Positions 46,880-59,919 of a stretch of DNA of 64,000 nt are shown one piece after another. The notes beneath the pieces were generated by a model. The model was not told where the DNA came from. It did not search any database and saw nothing but the letters and a program-made list of their open reading frames with translations. The number at the start of each line of letters is the position of its first letter. The first letter of the stretch is position 1. The translations under genes were made by a program, and so were the position numbers. Origin of the DNA: Basidiobolus meristosporus CBS 931.73 (taxonomy: Eukaryota; Fungi; Basidiobolomycota); NCBI GenBank assembly GCA_002104905.1, contig MCFE01000084.1, forward strand, positions 1 to 64,000, read 5' to 3'.

Positions 46880-48460
46880 TATGTGTGTAGTACCACAACT
46901 TTATTTATAGTGCTTACTATAGGTGATTACATTGAGTACTATATCCACACAGATTCAATATCTTGTTTAACTAGCCTTCTTAAAATTCCATGTATACTGA
47001 CAAAAAAGCAGTTTAATAGGAATAGGTTGGTCAAATTGAGCTGATTGCCCCATGTACCATATTTTGCTGATCAGATGTCATTTGAGAATAGAAAAAGACC
47101 ATTTGTTACTATGAGTGCTCTGCAGTAATGAAGCATGTAGTTTACAAAGCAAGTAGGACAATGATTAAGACCAGTCTTTGTTCACACAAGTTATAATAGC
47201 GCATTCAGCAAGTATAGAAGTACCTACAATTATCTGGCAGCCTCCTCATAATTTGCTATGACAACTAGCCACAGCTACCACCTTGCAAAAATTGAGTTTG
47301 TTGAGCATAAGACACCTTGTAGCTTGTCTCTACCCTCTAGACATGGCTGGTAAATTGATAGCAACTAAAGAAGAATGCTTACCAATGAAATGTGCACGTC
47401 CCTCACTTCATAGCTGTAGATCAGATGAAACTGGCTAAATTTAAATATGTCATGAAATAACAGCTGTTGACAAGTGTACATTTCAAATAGTGGCTGGAAA
47501 TGGACCATGCAGCAAGTGATAAGTACTATAGTTAACAGGTGCTTAATTATAACGCAGCTTGGAATATATGCCATTGTAGCTGTAAAAAATCTATAAACCC
47601 TATGAAAGAAAGTTTAGTCCTGTGGGTATATGCAAACCAGATCAGATGCTAAGATCCTGTGATGAGGCCATGCTAATGCTGGCAGCTTGGAATTATTGAT
47701 CTTGATCACAATGCAATGTCAGCATTGTGACAATACTTTGCAGAGTCTACTGCATTATGGGTATGTAAACTTGATGGTGCTTAGGTGGCCCTTCAATGGG
47801 ATCTTAATGGCATTCTGAAAGTCTTGTTGCAACCTAGACCTACTTGAGTGGACCCAATCAGCTGATACAAGCAAATGCCATATATGGAAGAAAACAAGTT
47901 GGTATTTTGATGGTCTTGATGCAGGCACAAGCATGTCAGAAGGTACCACCATTGTAAGGTGTCCAGCTTCTTAGGAATCCACCACCATAGGAGGAAATCA
48001 TGGTTTACAATTGTAATTGATGCTCTGTCTATAGAAGCTCATTTGGACCTACAAATATTGTGAAGCTATGAAGTACAACAGTAAGTATTGATCAGGTGCA
48101 AAGATTACCAATATATTTGATGTCAAACATTACAAACAGTTAAGAAGCCAGAGCTACCTTAAGGTATGCATGATCAAGCCATTGCATTAGCACTTCATGA
48201 GTTCTCACTGAACAAGTATTGTGCCTGCAAACTCTGCCAGCCACTAATTCTCATCAGCCTGATATGCTGCCAATTTTGTGGTACCAGGGCAGAGATCTGA
48301 TGGTAGACTCACTGATATCTGGGCCTAAATAAATGCCCTATCTGAGTAGCTACCTGTATCCATTACAGGATAAGTTTAGTATGCTATCCAGCAGGATAGT
48401 AGTGAAAGAAAATCATGTGTAAGAGCATATTATTTCTGGCCTTGAAGACACCCCAGCCAA
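46880..48460 (+). mobile_element. Second CACTA/tnp2 relic (upstream region plus N-terminal and central transposase)
   Basis: ~46880-47300 aligns by eye to ~33540-33900. ~48130-48400 (CATTACAAAC..TAAGAAG, LPILWYQGRDLMV) aligns to 34605-34756 plus 35453-35560. Confidence 0.65.
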
Positions 48461-48479
48461 CCAAAATCAGCAAGCTTTT

Positions 48480-49142
48480 CTGGGCACAAAGGATAGCTTA
48501 GCTGTCAAATATTGCAAGATCCTGGGCATGTACTTCATTACTCACATGCATTACAATTATCACAACACCAACACTAAGGCACCATTTCCCTACTGAAAGA
48601 ACCTTCAGAAGTTTGCATCAGATTCCAGCGTTGACAATTCTGGATGCAGGATCACTAATCAATATGGTGCCCCTATTGCACTGTGCATCAATGTTAAGAA
48701 TCTATACCAGTTAACTGATATAACATCATATATGGGATCCAATATAGGCAACACAGGTGAAGAAACACAATGCTTTGGCACAGGAGGCTTAAATATTTCA
48801 ATTTTGATGATTTATGCAATATGATCAAAGATCTGCTAGTTTCTGGAGTAACCATTTATTGCCCAGCTGCTTTTGAGCACTATGAAGCCTGCATTTATGA
48901 GAAACAAGCCAGATATCTATTCAGGAGCACTGGGTTATCATTAATTACATCCAACTTACTCAGATATCTGCAGGTCTATTCAAAATTGATCCTTAGGCAT
49001 GATGAATTATTTGATCACTCTCATAGATGTCTGTACATGATACATACAGTTCTACTTGATGGACAGAAAGGAATATCTCTGTCTGAGCTCAAGGAGTTTA
49101 AAGCCATGATGGAATGCAAAACTGGTAGAATATAAAGAAAAT
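48480..49142 (+). mobile_element. Ty1/copia GAG-pre-integrase and integrase fragment
   Basis: LWHRRLKYFNFDDLCNMIKDLLVSGV..EHYEACIYEKQARYLF..KAMMECKTGRI. Cut at 49143 by the PHIS TIR. Confidence 0.8.
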
Positions 49143-52100
49143 AGACTTGTTCCATTACACCATGCCAGGGTGCGCAGTGCAATCTGCAGTCTCTAACAAC
49201 AATTGGGTATGATACTATAGCTACTGGTAGGCAGGATTCCTCTTGGACAATCTTGCACTTTGTGGGACAATCTTGCACACTATAGCACAATCTGACACAA
49301 TGAGGTTGGCATGGATAATTGCCCCAACTTGTAATGTTTGCATCACATGCACAAATGGATCCTGCTATTCTGGTAGGTAAAATCCGGTATTTGGATGTGC
49401 TTCTAGAATGTGAATGGAAATGTGTATCACACTACAAACTACACAGATACTTACCATATTGGTGACCATCACTCCAATTGGATGGTGTATCAGTGGTCAG
49501 TTGGTCCAAAAGTATCCTGAAGCTGTCAGCCCCCAATTAGCTCTGATCAATACACAAGCTACCTAATTTGCCATCAAATATCCCATTTTACCCATTGAGC
49601 AAGTAAATCCCCAATCCTAGTGATTGGACAAGGTGTCATATCTAGCACACAACCAATCAACCAGGTGCAAAACAGATCAAATGGCTGCACTGGTCTAACA
49701 ATTGATGTACATATATGCAGGTTGTTTATTTACAGGGGTTCTGTCTCAAATGTGAGGCAACCTTGGTATTGCTTGTATTAAAGATTTAATGATCACTGAT
49801 TTGCAATGGCTCAAGTTGGATTGAATAAAAAATGTGTTGTCTGGATAATGACATATAATTGCAATTCAATTCAATTGCATCATCTACTCCTAGGATTTTT
49901 TCTCACAGGGTTACTACTGAAGCATTTGGTAGTGATTCACTTTATACACCTAAACTGCTTCCTTGTTGACTATCCTCTTGACTACTTGTGTATTTGTAGT
50001 CAATATCTTACCTCCTAGTTGATTAGTGCAATGCTGCAGCTAAGCCATGCTTAATTGCTGCAGATGATGCTACCAAACTGGTCTGCAGTGCTACATGCTG
50101 AAATGTTTTTTTACTTGTCAAAGGCTTGAGTGATGGAGGTACTTCATGTGAGTCAACATCAGTCAGTTCACCAGAGGAAACTTGCTGATGGTCAGGTATT
50201 ATGGCACTTGCAGGGGCAACTTGATGTGCTGGAAAGGCCCTTAGCTGAGTTTGATATGATGCCACTTGTTAATGCAAATTGCCCCACTCCAATGGACCTG
50301 TGTCTAAATGAGCAGTTTGGTAAGTTCTGGTGGTTTTGCTCTGAAGTGCACACATTGACCCAACATGCATTGACTCAATGCAAGGCACTTTTGTGAAGGG
50401 TCTTGGTGTAGCTTGGACTGACATGCACTGATGCACTGAAGGTGCAAGGGATGGTAAAGAATCCAGCAAAGAGTGCTGGCACAACCCAGATGCTGTTGCT
50501 TGCAGTCTGTATTCTTTCTCTTGATATTCACCTTCTGATTCCTCAAGGTATTCACTTACCCTCTGTGTGATACTCTGTAACTGTTGCCTGAATGAGTCCT
50601 GTGCATATTACTCTTAGAAGCCACATTGCTCTATTAATATATCACATAATACATTAGTCATTTGAGGCAGAAACTCAATCAAAATCTCTCTGGTTCCCAG
50701 TGTAGAGGTGCAAACAGACATGTCCAGCCTGTACTGTGCAAATTGCACACAAAATTGCTCCCATGCAGGTTCCTCATTGAATCCCCTCACCCTCAGCTCA
50801 TTCTTAATTTCAATACTTGTCTTGTTATACATCTTCTTACGTACATCTGCTGCCATCTTGATGTAGAACTCATGCCACAGCTTTCTACTTGTGTTCTTCC
50901 ATCTCTGCCAAGTTTCCAAGGTATCTAGTTCTGCTAGAACAATGAGTAGTGCCCAAATATCTGTATGAAGGCTCATAATAGGCATTTAGGCCATACTAAA
51001 ATCATTTGGCAAAAACTCAAACAAATCCAACATTGCCTTCCTTGGTCCAGACAATGCTTGTGAGCTGGTGGATGGGTTTTGTTGGGGTTGTACTAAAAAT
51101 GAGTTGAGACTTGGTATAGAGACTATATTGATAGATATGGATACTAATACAGTAGTGTATTTGCATCAACCAGGTCATACATAAAATATATATGAAAACT
51201 AGTGTGATTGTTGAATTTTCCATATATTTTGCATGATGTATCTTGGATTGCATAGACATGGATTGGATCCCATCAATTGCAGATTTCCTATTCGATTATA
51301 GATTTGTGAGTAAATCATTGATGAAAATACTAAGTCATTGTTTGAGGATGATTTTTACAACATTATGATGGATACATGGCAATTCATGGAGATTTAATCA
51401 TAATGCATGGAAAATTAGATAAATAAAGTAGATTGCGCCAAATCAAATTTGTACACCTCAGCCCAATCACCTACCAATTTTATCATGACTTACTCATCTG
51501 AATGGTCTTTTCTCATCAATCCCATCACTACAGCTGGATTTTCTTCTGACACACTGGGGTAGATCTATACCAAGTACTGTGGACCAGCTACCCCAATCTA
51601 CTCAAGGAGATCCCTTGTTAAGCTTCTCTGCTAATAAAAGAACTATTGCCCCACAAGGTTTCATTCTACCATCCATGGCAACAAAAGTCCTATACGCTTT
51701 CATTCCCAGCTGACAGCAATAGAGAACCACCTTGCAGAGGGTATGAATGACTTAGAGCAAGCTTGGAACACTAGGCTCAGAAGCTCCAATAGACTCCCAT
51801 ATCCCAGAGTGTTCAGCAACAGGTTCTGTATAAGGAGTATTTTGGATACCTTCCCAGTCAGGATTAACAGACCTTCTAGAAGGCAGAAGCACCTTTATTC
51901 TGGTAAGTACAAGGCACACTGTGTGAAGTTTCAGACACTGTCTGACATTGAGGGTACATCATCTGGTGTTACAAGTCTTGGTATAAGAGATGTAGAGGAA
52001 TAGGGAGTTTAGCTAGTATTGTATTCACCAAAACTTGAACTGATCTTTATTGAGGTACCAGCAGCTCCTTATATACATTTTGCCAGATCAATTGCTGACT

Positions 52101-54696
52101 AATTGTATTTCCTAATGTAGGTTGTGGCTGATGACTCATTTGATTGCATCATCATCACCCAATAAGATCCTACTTAATTTTCTATTTGTGTCTGATACGG
52201 ATCTGCTGATTTATTTGCTGACTAATGCTACTGATTTGATAGATAATATTGATATACTGATAACTTAAACATGTAACTGATTGATTTGACTTAAAACTGA
52301 TCTAACTTAAACATTCAAGCGGCAGATCATAACATTCTCCCCTACTAAAGTTGAGAGGGTTCTCCTGAATCTTTTTTCTGGTGATACCAATATCTTGATG
52401 GTACAGTATTATCAGCAAGTCTTGCAAGTTTGAGTCTGTCCCTATGCACTAAGTCTTGCTGGATATTGACTTGTTTGTCCACTAGTTGATAAGTTGCAAA
52501 TGGACATTATCTAATGATCTTGAATGGTCCTGTCCATTGTGGCTCAAACTTCTTGCAACTGTTGTTTCTTAGCAATACAAAGTTCCCAACTGTCAATGGT
52601 TCTGGTGCTATAGTCTTATCAAATCTCTGCTTCATCTTTTCTGCACTTTGAAATACTTTGGTCTGTGCCTCTTGACGTCTTTGTTCCAGTTGCTTGTGTC
52701 TACTGGGCTGACTGAGTTCATCTTCTAAGGTGATTGTGAGCTTTGGTTGTGTGAGTTGGGTGAGATCGTTTCTTGGATTCAAAGGCAACAGGGTAGTCCT
52801 TTCCCTTGTGTTTGTGGCTCAACACTCCACCAATTGCATAATCTGAAGCATCCGTGCACAGGGTAAACTCTTTTCTGAAGTCAGGTATTCTTAAGCTTGG
52901 TAGTTTGGCAAGTTCAATCTTGAGCATCTAAAAGGCAGTCTCACAAGCGATGTCCCACTTATAGGTGTTGTCTTTCTTGAGGATATCAGTTACAAGGGCT
53001 GCAATACTTGCAAAGGACTTAACAAATCTCTGATAATAGGAAACCATTCCAAGGGATGATCTGAGTTCTGATACGCTATGGGGCTGCTTCAGGTTCTTGA
53101 TAACTTCAACCTTCTTAGGGTTCAAGGTCACTCCTGTGCTAGTCACTAGGTGTCCCAGGTATTCAACGTGTTCCGTGAAGAATTCACACTGGGCTAGCTT
53201 GCCATATAGCTTGTTCTCTCTTAGCTTCTTCATGACCTTTTCAATGTGCACCACGTGATCCTCTTCTGTCTTGCTGTATACCAATATGTCATTCAGGTAG
53301 ATTATCACACACTTGTCTAAGTACTTCTGGAAGACAATCTGCATCAGTGTCATGAATGTTGAAGGGGCATTGGTGAGGCCAAAACTCATGACTAAGTACT
53401 TGTAATGCCCATATCTGGTCCTGAATGCTGTCTTAGGGATGTCTTCTGGCTTCACCCTAATCTGGTTGTTTACTGACATGAGGTCAATCTTGCTGAAAAT
53501 AGTGGCTCCATTGAGTTGGTCCAAAAGCTGATCAATCCAAGGTATGGGGTACTTATTCTTTGATGTAACTGAGATGAGGGCTCCCTAGTCAATGCACATC
53601 CTAAGAGTTCCATCCTTCTTCTTTGCAAAAAGAACTGGTGCTCCCCAAGGTGACATGCTGGTTCTGATATATCCTTGCCCCAATAACTGATCTATTTGTC
53701 TCTTCATCTCTTCCAACTCCAATGGACTCATTCTGTAAGGTGTCTTACTTGCTGGGGGCTATCTTCTGTGTCAATGGCATGATCTACATCTCTGACTGGT
53801 GGTAGGCTTACAAGTTCATCTGGAAATATGTCTGAATATTACTTCAAAATAGTTGGGACCTTTTGGGGTACTGGTGTAGAGAAATCCTCCTGTAATACTG
53901 CCATGAGGAACATCTGGGTGGCTTTTCTTAGTGCTCTACAGAACTGTGTCTTGCTAAGTTCACTTGTCTTACACACACTGCAATTGATCAAGTTAAAATC
54001 AAGTCTGGCAGGTAATAGCTTGTAGGTCTTGTTGTCCTTCTTTATCTGAGCAGCATGGGTTCTCCAGTTGATTGATGGATTACACCAAAATAGCCAGGTT
54101 TTCCCAAGTACAACATCAAACTTGCAGTTCCCAAATTTATAGCCTGTAGATCTTCTTTATAGTCATTGATCTTCATCCTTACTGGCTGAGTAATACAGTG
54201 ATTATGTGAGAGTTCCCATCAGCTGTTGAGATTGAAGTAGATTTGGTGGGTTCCAAGTTGACTCCAGCTTTCAAAGCAAATTGCTCTGACATGTACTCAT
54301 GCAATGCTCCTGAGTCAATCATGATTTTGGCAGGTACTCCATTGATTACTCTATTCAAGTATTATAGCTTTCCTGAGTTTGAAGTCATCTTGGAAAGGTA
54401 TTCTTCATATGAGAAAGCACTCTGGGTTGAAAATCATCCAGAATTCAGTAGATGAGAGAAATGCATGGAAGACGTAGCTTATATAGGAGAGGATTGTAAG
54501 AGATTAGGATGTATTGCAGCATATAGGAAGCCAAGGAATGGTGTGCTTAGCAGGAAGCAGTTGCTCTACAACAAGATATTTAATCATTTCAGAGTGAGGC
54601 CAGAGCATGCATTTGGATATCTGAAGCAATTCAGTATATTGGCTGGCAATTACAGAGGAAAGTCATTGGTGGACAAAACAGCAGATTAGGTAAAAT
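49143..54696 (+). mobile_element. PHIS element copy 2 (left TIR, accessory ORF, transposase split by a Ty3 insertion); right end not found
   Basis: TIR AGACTTGTTCCATT preceded by AAT. Collinear with 26642-29420 up to ..GTACATCATCTGG at 51966. The transposase resumes at ~54385-54696 (EDVAYIGEDC..AYRKPRNGVLSRKQLLYN..RPEHAFGYLKQ). Confidence 0.82.
51967..54385 (-). mobile_element. Ty3/gypsy (family Z) with intact 3' LTR and PPT, internal deletion, 5'-truncated
   Basis: LTR 51967-52334 (TGTTA..TAACA); PPT GTAGGGGAGAA on the minus strand at 52335-45. Integrase tail KFEPQWTGPFKIIR is fused to RNase H (CTDASDYAIGGVLS..YPVAFESK). [38 protein letters not shown]; protease IDSGA (~54310). Confidence 0.9.
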
Positions 54697-55410
54697 GGAC
54701 TTGTTCCATTGAATAGTGCCATATTGAGCCATGAGTGCCAAATGATGCCATAGTGTGCCAGGGAAGCCAAGTGAGCCTACACTTGACCACAGAGTATGCA
54801 GCACAGCTCAATCTTCATGCAAAGCAGCCCCTGTGTTTCACCTATGATGCAGGAGAAAATCCTTTTTTTGACATTTCTTTGTGAATCAATGTTGTGCAGG
54901 ATGTGTAAGAGCACTAAAGGAATGAAGATATAGATCTGGTACTTAATACCCATGGCACTCTGAATCTAGCTCTTGTAGCTTGTAAGATGTCACAAAAATG
55001 CATGGCCCTATCTTGGTCCACTGGTACTATCTGGCACTATATTTGAATATTAGCTCTGAAGTAAGATCAAAACAAAGCACTTATAGTGCCAGATAGTACC
55101 AGTGGACCAAGATAGTGCCATGCATTTTTGTGACATGTTAAAAGCCACGGGAGCTAGATTCAGAGTGCCATAGGTATTGAGTACCAGATGCATATCTTCA
55201 ATCCTTTATTGTACTTACATATCTTGTACAACTTTGACCTAAAAAAGAAGGTCAAAAAATGGATTTTCTCCATCACAATGAGTGAAGCACAGGGGCTGCT
55301 TTGCATGAAGATGCAGAGTTGTGCTGCATACTCTGTGGCTAAGTGTAGGCTCACTTGGCCTCCCTGGCACACTGTGGCATCATTTGGTACTTATGGCTCA
55401 ATGTGGCACT
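54697..55410. repeat. ~700-bp fold-back (inverted dimer of a PHIS MITE): arms 54715-55041 and 55082-55410, 40-nt spacer
   Basis: Begins with the PHIS TIR GGACTTGTTCCATTG preceded by AAT. The arms are reverse complements over ~325 nt with scattered transitions (AGTGCCATATTGAGCCATGAG.. versus ..CTTATGGCTCAATGTGGCACT). Confidence 0.9.
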
Positions 55411-55559
55411 GCTGATATCTGCTTAAGGTAATCCTATAAAGATTCCAAACCAATCTTTTTGGATATTCTGATGCCAAATAGAAACAAAGTATATATGACA
55501 GAAGATTCCCCACAGAGTACACCTATCTTTACTGTGAAGGACCAATTTCATGGAATTCA

Positions 55560-55752
55560 AGAAAGTCACCAACAATTACACTTGCTACAACATAGTCAAA
55601 GTATATGCAGCCTGTTAATTGAGTCACAATCCAACTTTTCATGCCAGAACTAAGAAGATATATATTAGTCATCTTTTCAAATGGGAAGCTATAGTGAATA
55701 ACTTAGCTGGCTGAGTTTACTGTCCTACAGATCAAATGATTGCAGACATCTA
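55560..55752 (+). mobile_element. Ty1/copia RNase H fragment
   Basis: HNPTFHARTK..; VYCPTDQMIADI, cut by a PHIS TIR-like end. Confidence 0.7.
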
Positions 55753-55920
55753 AGACTTTCTCCATTGGACAAGTGCTATGTATAGGTTTTACTTTAGGGC
55801 TAATATTCAAGTATAGTGCCAGATAGTACCAGTCAACCAAGACAGTGCCATGCATTTTTGTGACATGATACAGGCCACAGGAGCAACATTTGGAGTGCCA
55901 TGGGTATTGAGCATCCCACA
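55753..55920. mobile_element. Isolated PHIS/MITE terminus
   Basis: AGACTTTCTCCATTG followed by sequence that is the reverse complement of 54950-55081 (end of the left arm plus spacer of the fold-back). Confidence 0.6.
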
Positions 55921-55929
55921 TAATTCTCT

Positions 55930-56480
55930 GGTTCTCCAAGCCACTTCTACTATATCCAAAACTCTGGCAACAAGATGGACTAGAGAACAAATACAGAAGT
56001 GACAGAGATCTAAGCTCCCAGCTTTATGCATGCAGTATAAATGCTCAAATCTGATCAAAAACTGCTTGCCTAAATGCTGTAGATATGCCAAGTTGACATT
56101 GATGATCTGCTTTTAATAGCTATTCATGTAAGGTCAATTTAAAACTTTCAAGGATTCCAGTGTACTCTGGGTGGAAATTGCTTGGGTAGACTGCTTGATT
56201 TAGTACATGCTCATTTCTTCCAGTCTTGGCATTTATATTGTTGGATATGCATACAAATACGGATTTGAGTTTGTAGGGAGTATTGTGGATAGCAAATACT
56301 CTGCATTATCCTTCCAATTTGTCAAATATCACTGGTAACTCAACTTGTCAATTTAGGTTGAAATATTACATGTACAACTTGGTCATTAGTATTGAGACAT
56401 TGTTGAAGAGCAAATGCATTGCTACCAGTAGAAAGCTTTTACTCCAGCAGATTACCTGTATCAGGTTTGGTTTGCAGAGT
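55930..56480 (-). mobile_element. CACTA transposase fragment, inverted paralogue of ~41900-42300
   Basis: ORFs 56283-56483(+) and 41828-42028(-) share MYNLVISI..LLKSKC..KLLLQQI, showing inverted homology. A further plus-strand CACTA fragment begins at ~56950 (CTACTCTATCTTGCTTGGTGTG shared with 42415-42440). Confidence 0.6.
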
Positions 56481-57689
56481 TAAAAGTTTTGAGACTAGGA
56501 AGGTTACGTTTATTTAGCATAGCATTAAGTAGTACATATGTCTGGTTGCCATAGTTTCAATTTTAGATATAATAGGTCTGGTTGACAGAGATTGAAATCT
56601 TGGGATTAGAGAGATTTTGTTTGGCTGACACAGTTGAACATAACATATTTTTATTTGACTTTTGAAAAATATATTTTTGATTTGATCTTGGCAAAGCTTA
56701 GTCAACCAACAGATGTTTTCCACAAGATGTATTCTTTTGATCAAATATGAATGGATCTTCTTGGTTCTCTTTAATTGAAGTATACATGGTCAAGTATGGT
56801 TTAGATTGTAATACCCTTTGTGGTGTCAATATACTAATATTGCCAATAATTAATTTATTTAAAGCTCATTTGCTATTGGATGATGGTCAAATTTCTCACC
56901 TTTTTTATTAGGAGTTGGCGATAGGATCGGAGCTGCTATACTACAAACATTACTTAGAGCATGAACATTGTGGCTACCACTATATTTATTCTCTACTCTA
57001 TCTTGCTTGGTGTGCAGAGAATATTGGACATTGGTTCACTATTAGGGGGCTTACTATTCAGCAGATGGGTTGGGATATATGAAGATGAGTCAAGCAAGAA
57101 GTACTACCACATACTAATCCTGTCAACAGTATTACCTTCAGGTCTGTCATGGATGTGATGAGTTGGCACACAAAGGACAACCAGGAAGAGTTGCAAAGCT
57201 TGGAGCACAAATGTGCCCAAGACAACACCTAAGCCTTTAGCGTGAAGAAGCAAAGCAGCCTTGATGTGTTAATAATCAAATTAATAGTGCAAGGTTTGGC
57301 TGGCCACAAGCAGCTAATTTCTATCAGGACAACTTGACAAGATTACAGTGGTTTTCTTGTGGGTACAGGCCAATTGCTACACCAGTCAATAAAGACTTTA
57401 CACAAACAGACCCACAGCATCACTAAAAGGTACACTAGGATCTAGCAGGGTGAAGGAATAAATTGGCTAGGTATCAAAGGCTTTTGTAGATATTCAGGAG
57501 TAACTCTTGGCAAAGAAATGGTGTGGTAGGAAAATCATACCTCCCACAGAAAGGTTTACTCATATAGCAATTTTGATATACTTATCCATTTTAACTTATC
57601 AGTGTTATCCCATTCTTTTTTGTGCATATTGCATTATTGTCCAATATATTATTTGCCCTGGTTAGTTATTATCATTAGTTATCCAAGAT

Positions 57690-59915
57690 ATTACAAAGTT
57701 TTGTGAACAGTACAGTGTCTACACCTGAACTACATTCTGGTTGACTATTATTTTGGCTACTTGTGTACTTGTAGTCAGTATTTTGCTTCCTAGTTAAGGA
57801 GTCCAATGCTGAAGCTTGGCTACACAGAATTGCTCCAGAAAATATTGCAGAACCAGCCTGAAGTGCCATGTGCTAATTTGTACTTTTACTTGCCAAAGAC
57901 TCCAATGGTGGAGGCACTTGATGTGGGTCATTGTCATTCAGTTCACCAGAAGTAACTTGCTCATGGTCAGGTGGAACAGCATGCACAGGCACAACTAAAT
58001 GCATTGGCATAGCCCTTGGCCAAGCTCACTGTGATGTTAAAGGTTGACGCAACTTGGCTTTCTCCAGTAGACTTATGTCTAAATTTGCAGTTTGGTAAGG
58101 ATTGGTAGTTTTGCTCTGAAGCATGCGCATTGACCTGACGCCCATTGTCTCAATGCAGGGTACTCTTGTGAAGGGTGTTGGTGTACATTGGACTGACATG
58201 GACTGGCATGCTAATGTTGCAGGAGATGGTAAGGAATCCAGCAAGGTGTGCTGGTGCAATGTAGATACAGTTGATTGCAGCCTGTATTCTTACTCTTGAA
58301 GCTTACATTCTGATTACTTTTGGTACCTACTTACCCTCTGCTTGATACTTTGGAACTGTTGCATTGATAAGGCCAGTGTGTAATTGTCTTGGAAGCCACA
58401 TGGTTCTATTAATATATTGGGTGGTACATCGGTCATTCAAGGCAAAAGCTCATTCAAAATCACTTTGGTTCCCAATGTTGAGGCTCAAACAAAGGCATCT
58501 GGCCTGTACTGTGTAAGTTGTGCGTAGAATTATGTACACAGCATCCTCATCAAATCCTGTCACTCTCAGCTCATTCTTGATTTCAATACTTATCTTGTTA
58601 TATATTGTCTTACATACAACTGCTGACATCTTGATGTAAAGCTCAAGCCACAGCTTTCTACTCAGATTCTTCCATCTCTCTTGACCCTCTGAGGTATCTT
58701 GCTCTGCTAAATTAATGAGTAGTGCCCAAATATTTACATGAAGGCTCTGTTGCAATTTAAGAAGTGATTTGGATATAAGGAACTTATCAAGAAATAGTGA
58801 TAATAGTTGAACTGTTGTTTATTCACAAAGAAGCTCAGTATCTATACCTTTGTAGAAGTAATACAGCTGCAACACTAAGTAGGGAAGGTTTCTCAATATT
58901 CAGGAGCATTCTGTAACAGTTTCAGGGTTAGTACATAATGTTTGGTAATAGTGCTAATTTGATCCTGACTATAGGGGAATAATCACAAGATCATATATCT
59001 GGAGAAAGTGGCAAAGTTAAGGCAGTAAATGAGTCCTACAATGACTAAGACTACCCTAGAATTGTTAAGTAAATTTTTAGCTGCTGAATGATACCAAATA
59101 GTCCAATATTTCAACAGGCTCAACGTAGCTACTTAGTCATTGATAAGAATTTAAATGGATTCAACATTGACTTTTCTGGTATAGACTATACTTTTGAGCA
59201 GAGTGACGGGGTTTTTCTGGGTTGTACTGAAGATGAGTTGAGACTTGGTATAGGGATCATAGTGATGGATTTGGGTACTAGTATAGTACTACATAGGCAT
59301 CCACATGGTCTTATATGAATTGTATGTGCAAGCTAATGTAATAGTTGAATTTTCCATATGATATACATAATGGATCTCAGATCACATCAATGCAGCTCAG
59401 AACACATCAATTCCAGATATCCTATTTGAGTATAGACATGTGAGTGAATCATCAATGAAATCACCAAGTCATTGTGAAAGGATGATTTTTACAACATAAT
59501 AATGAGGTTTATAGCCATTGATGGAGATTTAATCAAAATATATGGAAAATTAGATAAACTAAGCTGATTGCTCCAAATTGATTTATGTCATCTCTTCTCA
59601 GCCACATCCCAGTTTTGATACAACTTACCCATCTGAATGGCATTTTCTCAACAATCCCATCACTACCATTTAGTCTCCTTTTGACACTCTAGAAGTGATC
59701 TATTCAAAGTATTGTAGACCTTCTACCCCAATCTAATAAAGGAGATCTTTTTTTAAGCTTCTTTGTATTACAGGAACTATGGCCTGCCCAGGCTTCAGTC
59801 CACCATTCATGGCAATAGAGATTCTAGAATCTTTCATTCACAGCTGACTGCAATAGAGAGCCACCTTGCAGAGGGTATGAGTATCCCAGAGCAAGATGGA
59901 ATTCTAGATTCAGAA
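57690..59915 (+). mobile_element. PHIS element copy 3, truncated at both ends and interrupted by a solo LTR
   Basis: Collinear with ~27440-29270 across the accessory ORF and the 5' part of the transposase. The solo LTR sits at 58748-59116. Confidence 0.75.
58748..59116 (-). mobile_element. Solo LTR, family S (369 bp), 5-bp TSD GGCTC
   Basis: TGTTGCAAT...TTTCAACA with GGCTC at 58743-47 and 59117-21. Near-identical to 45459-45828. Confidence 0.9.
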
Positions 59916-59919
59916 ACTC

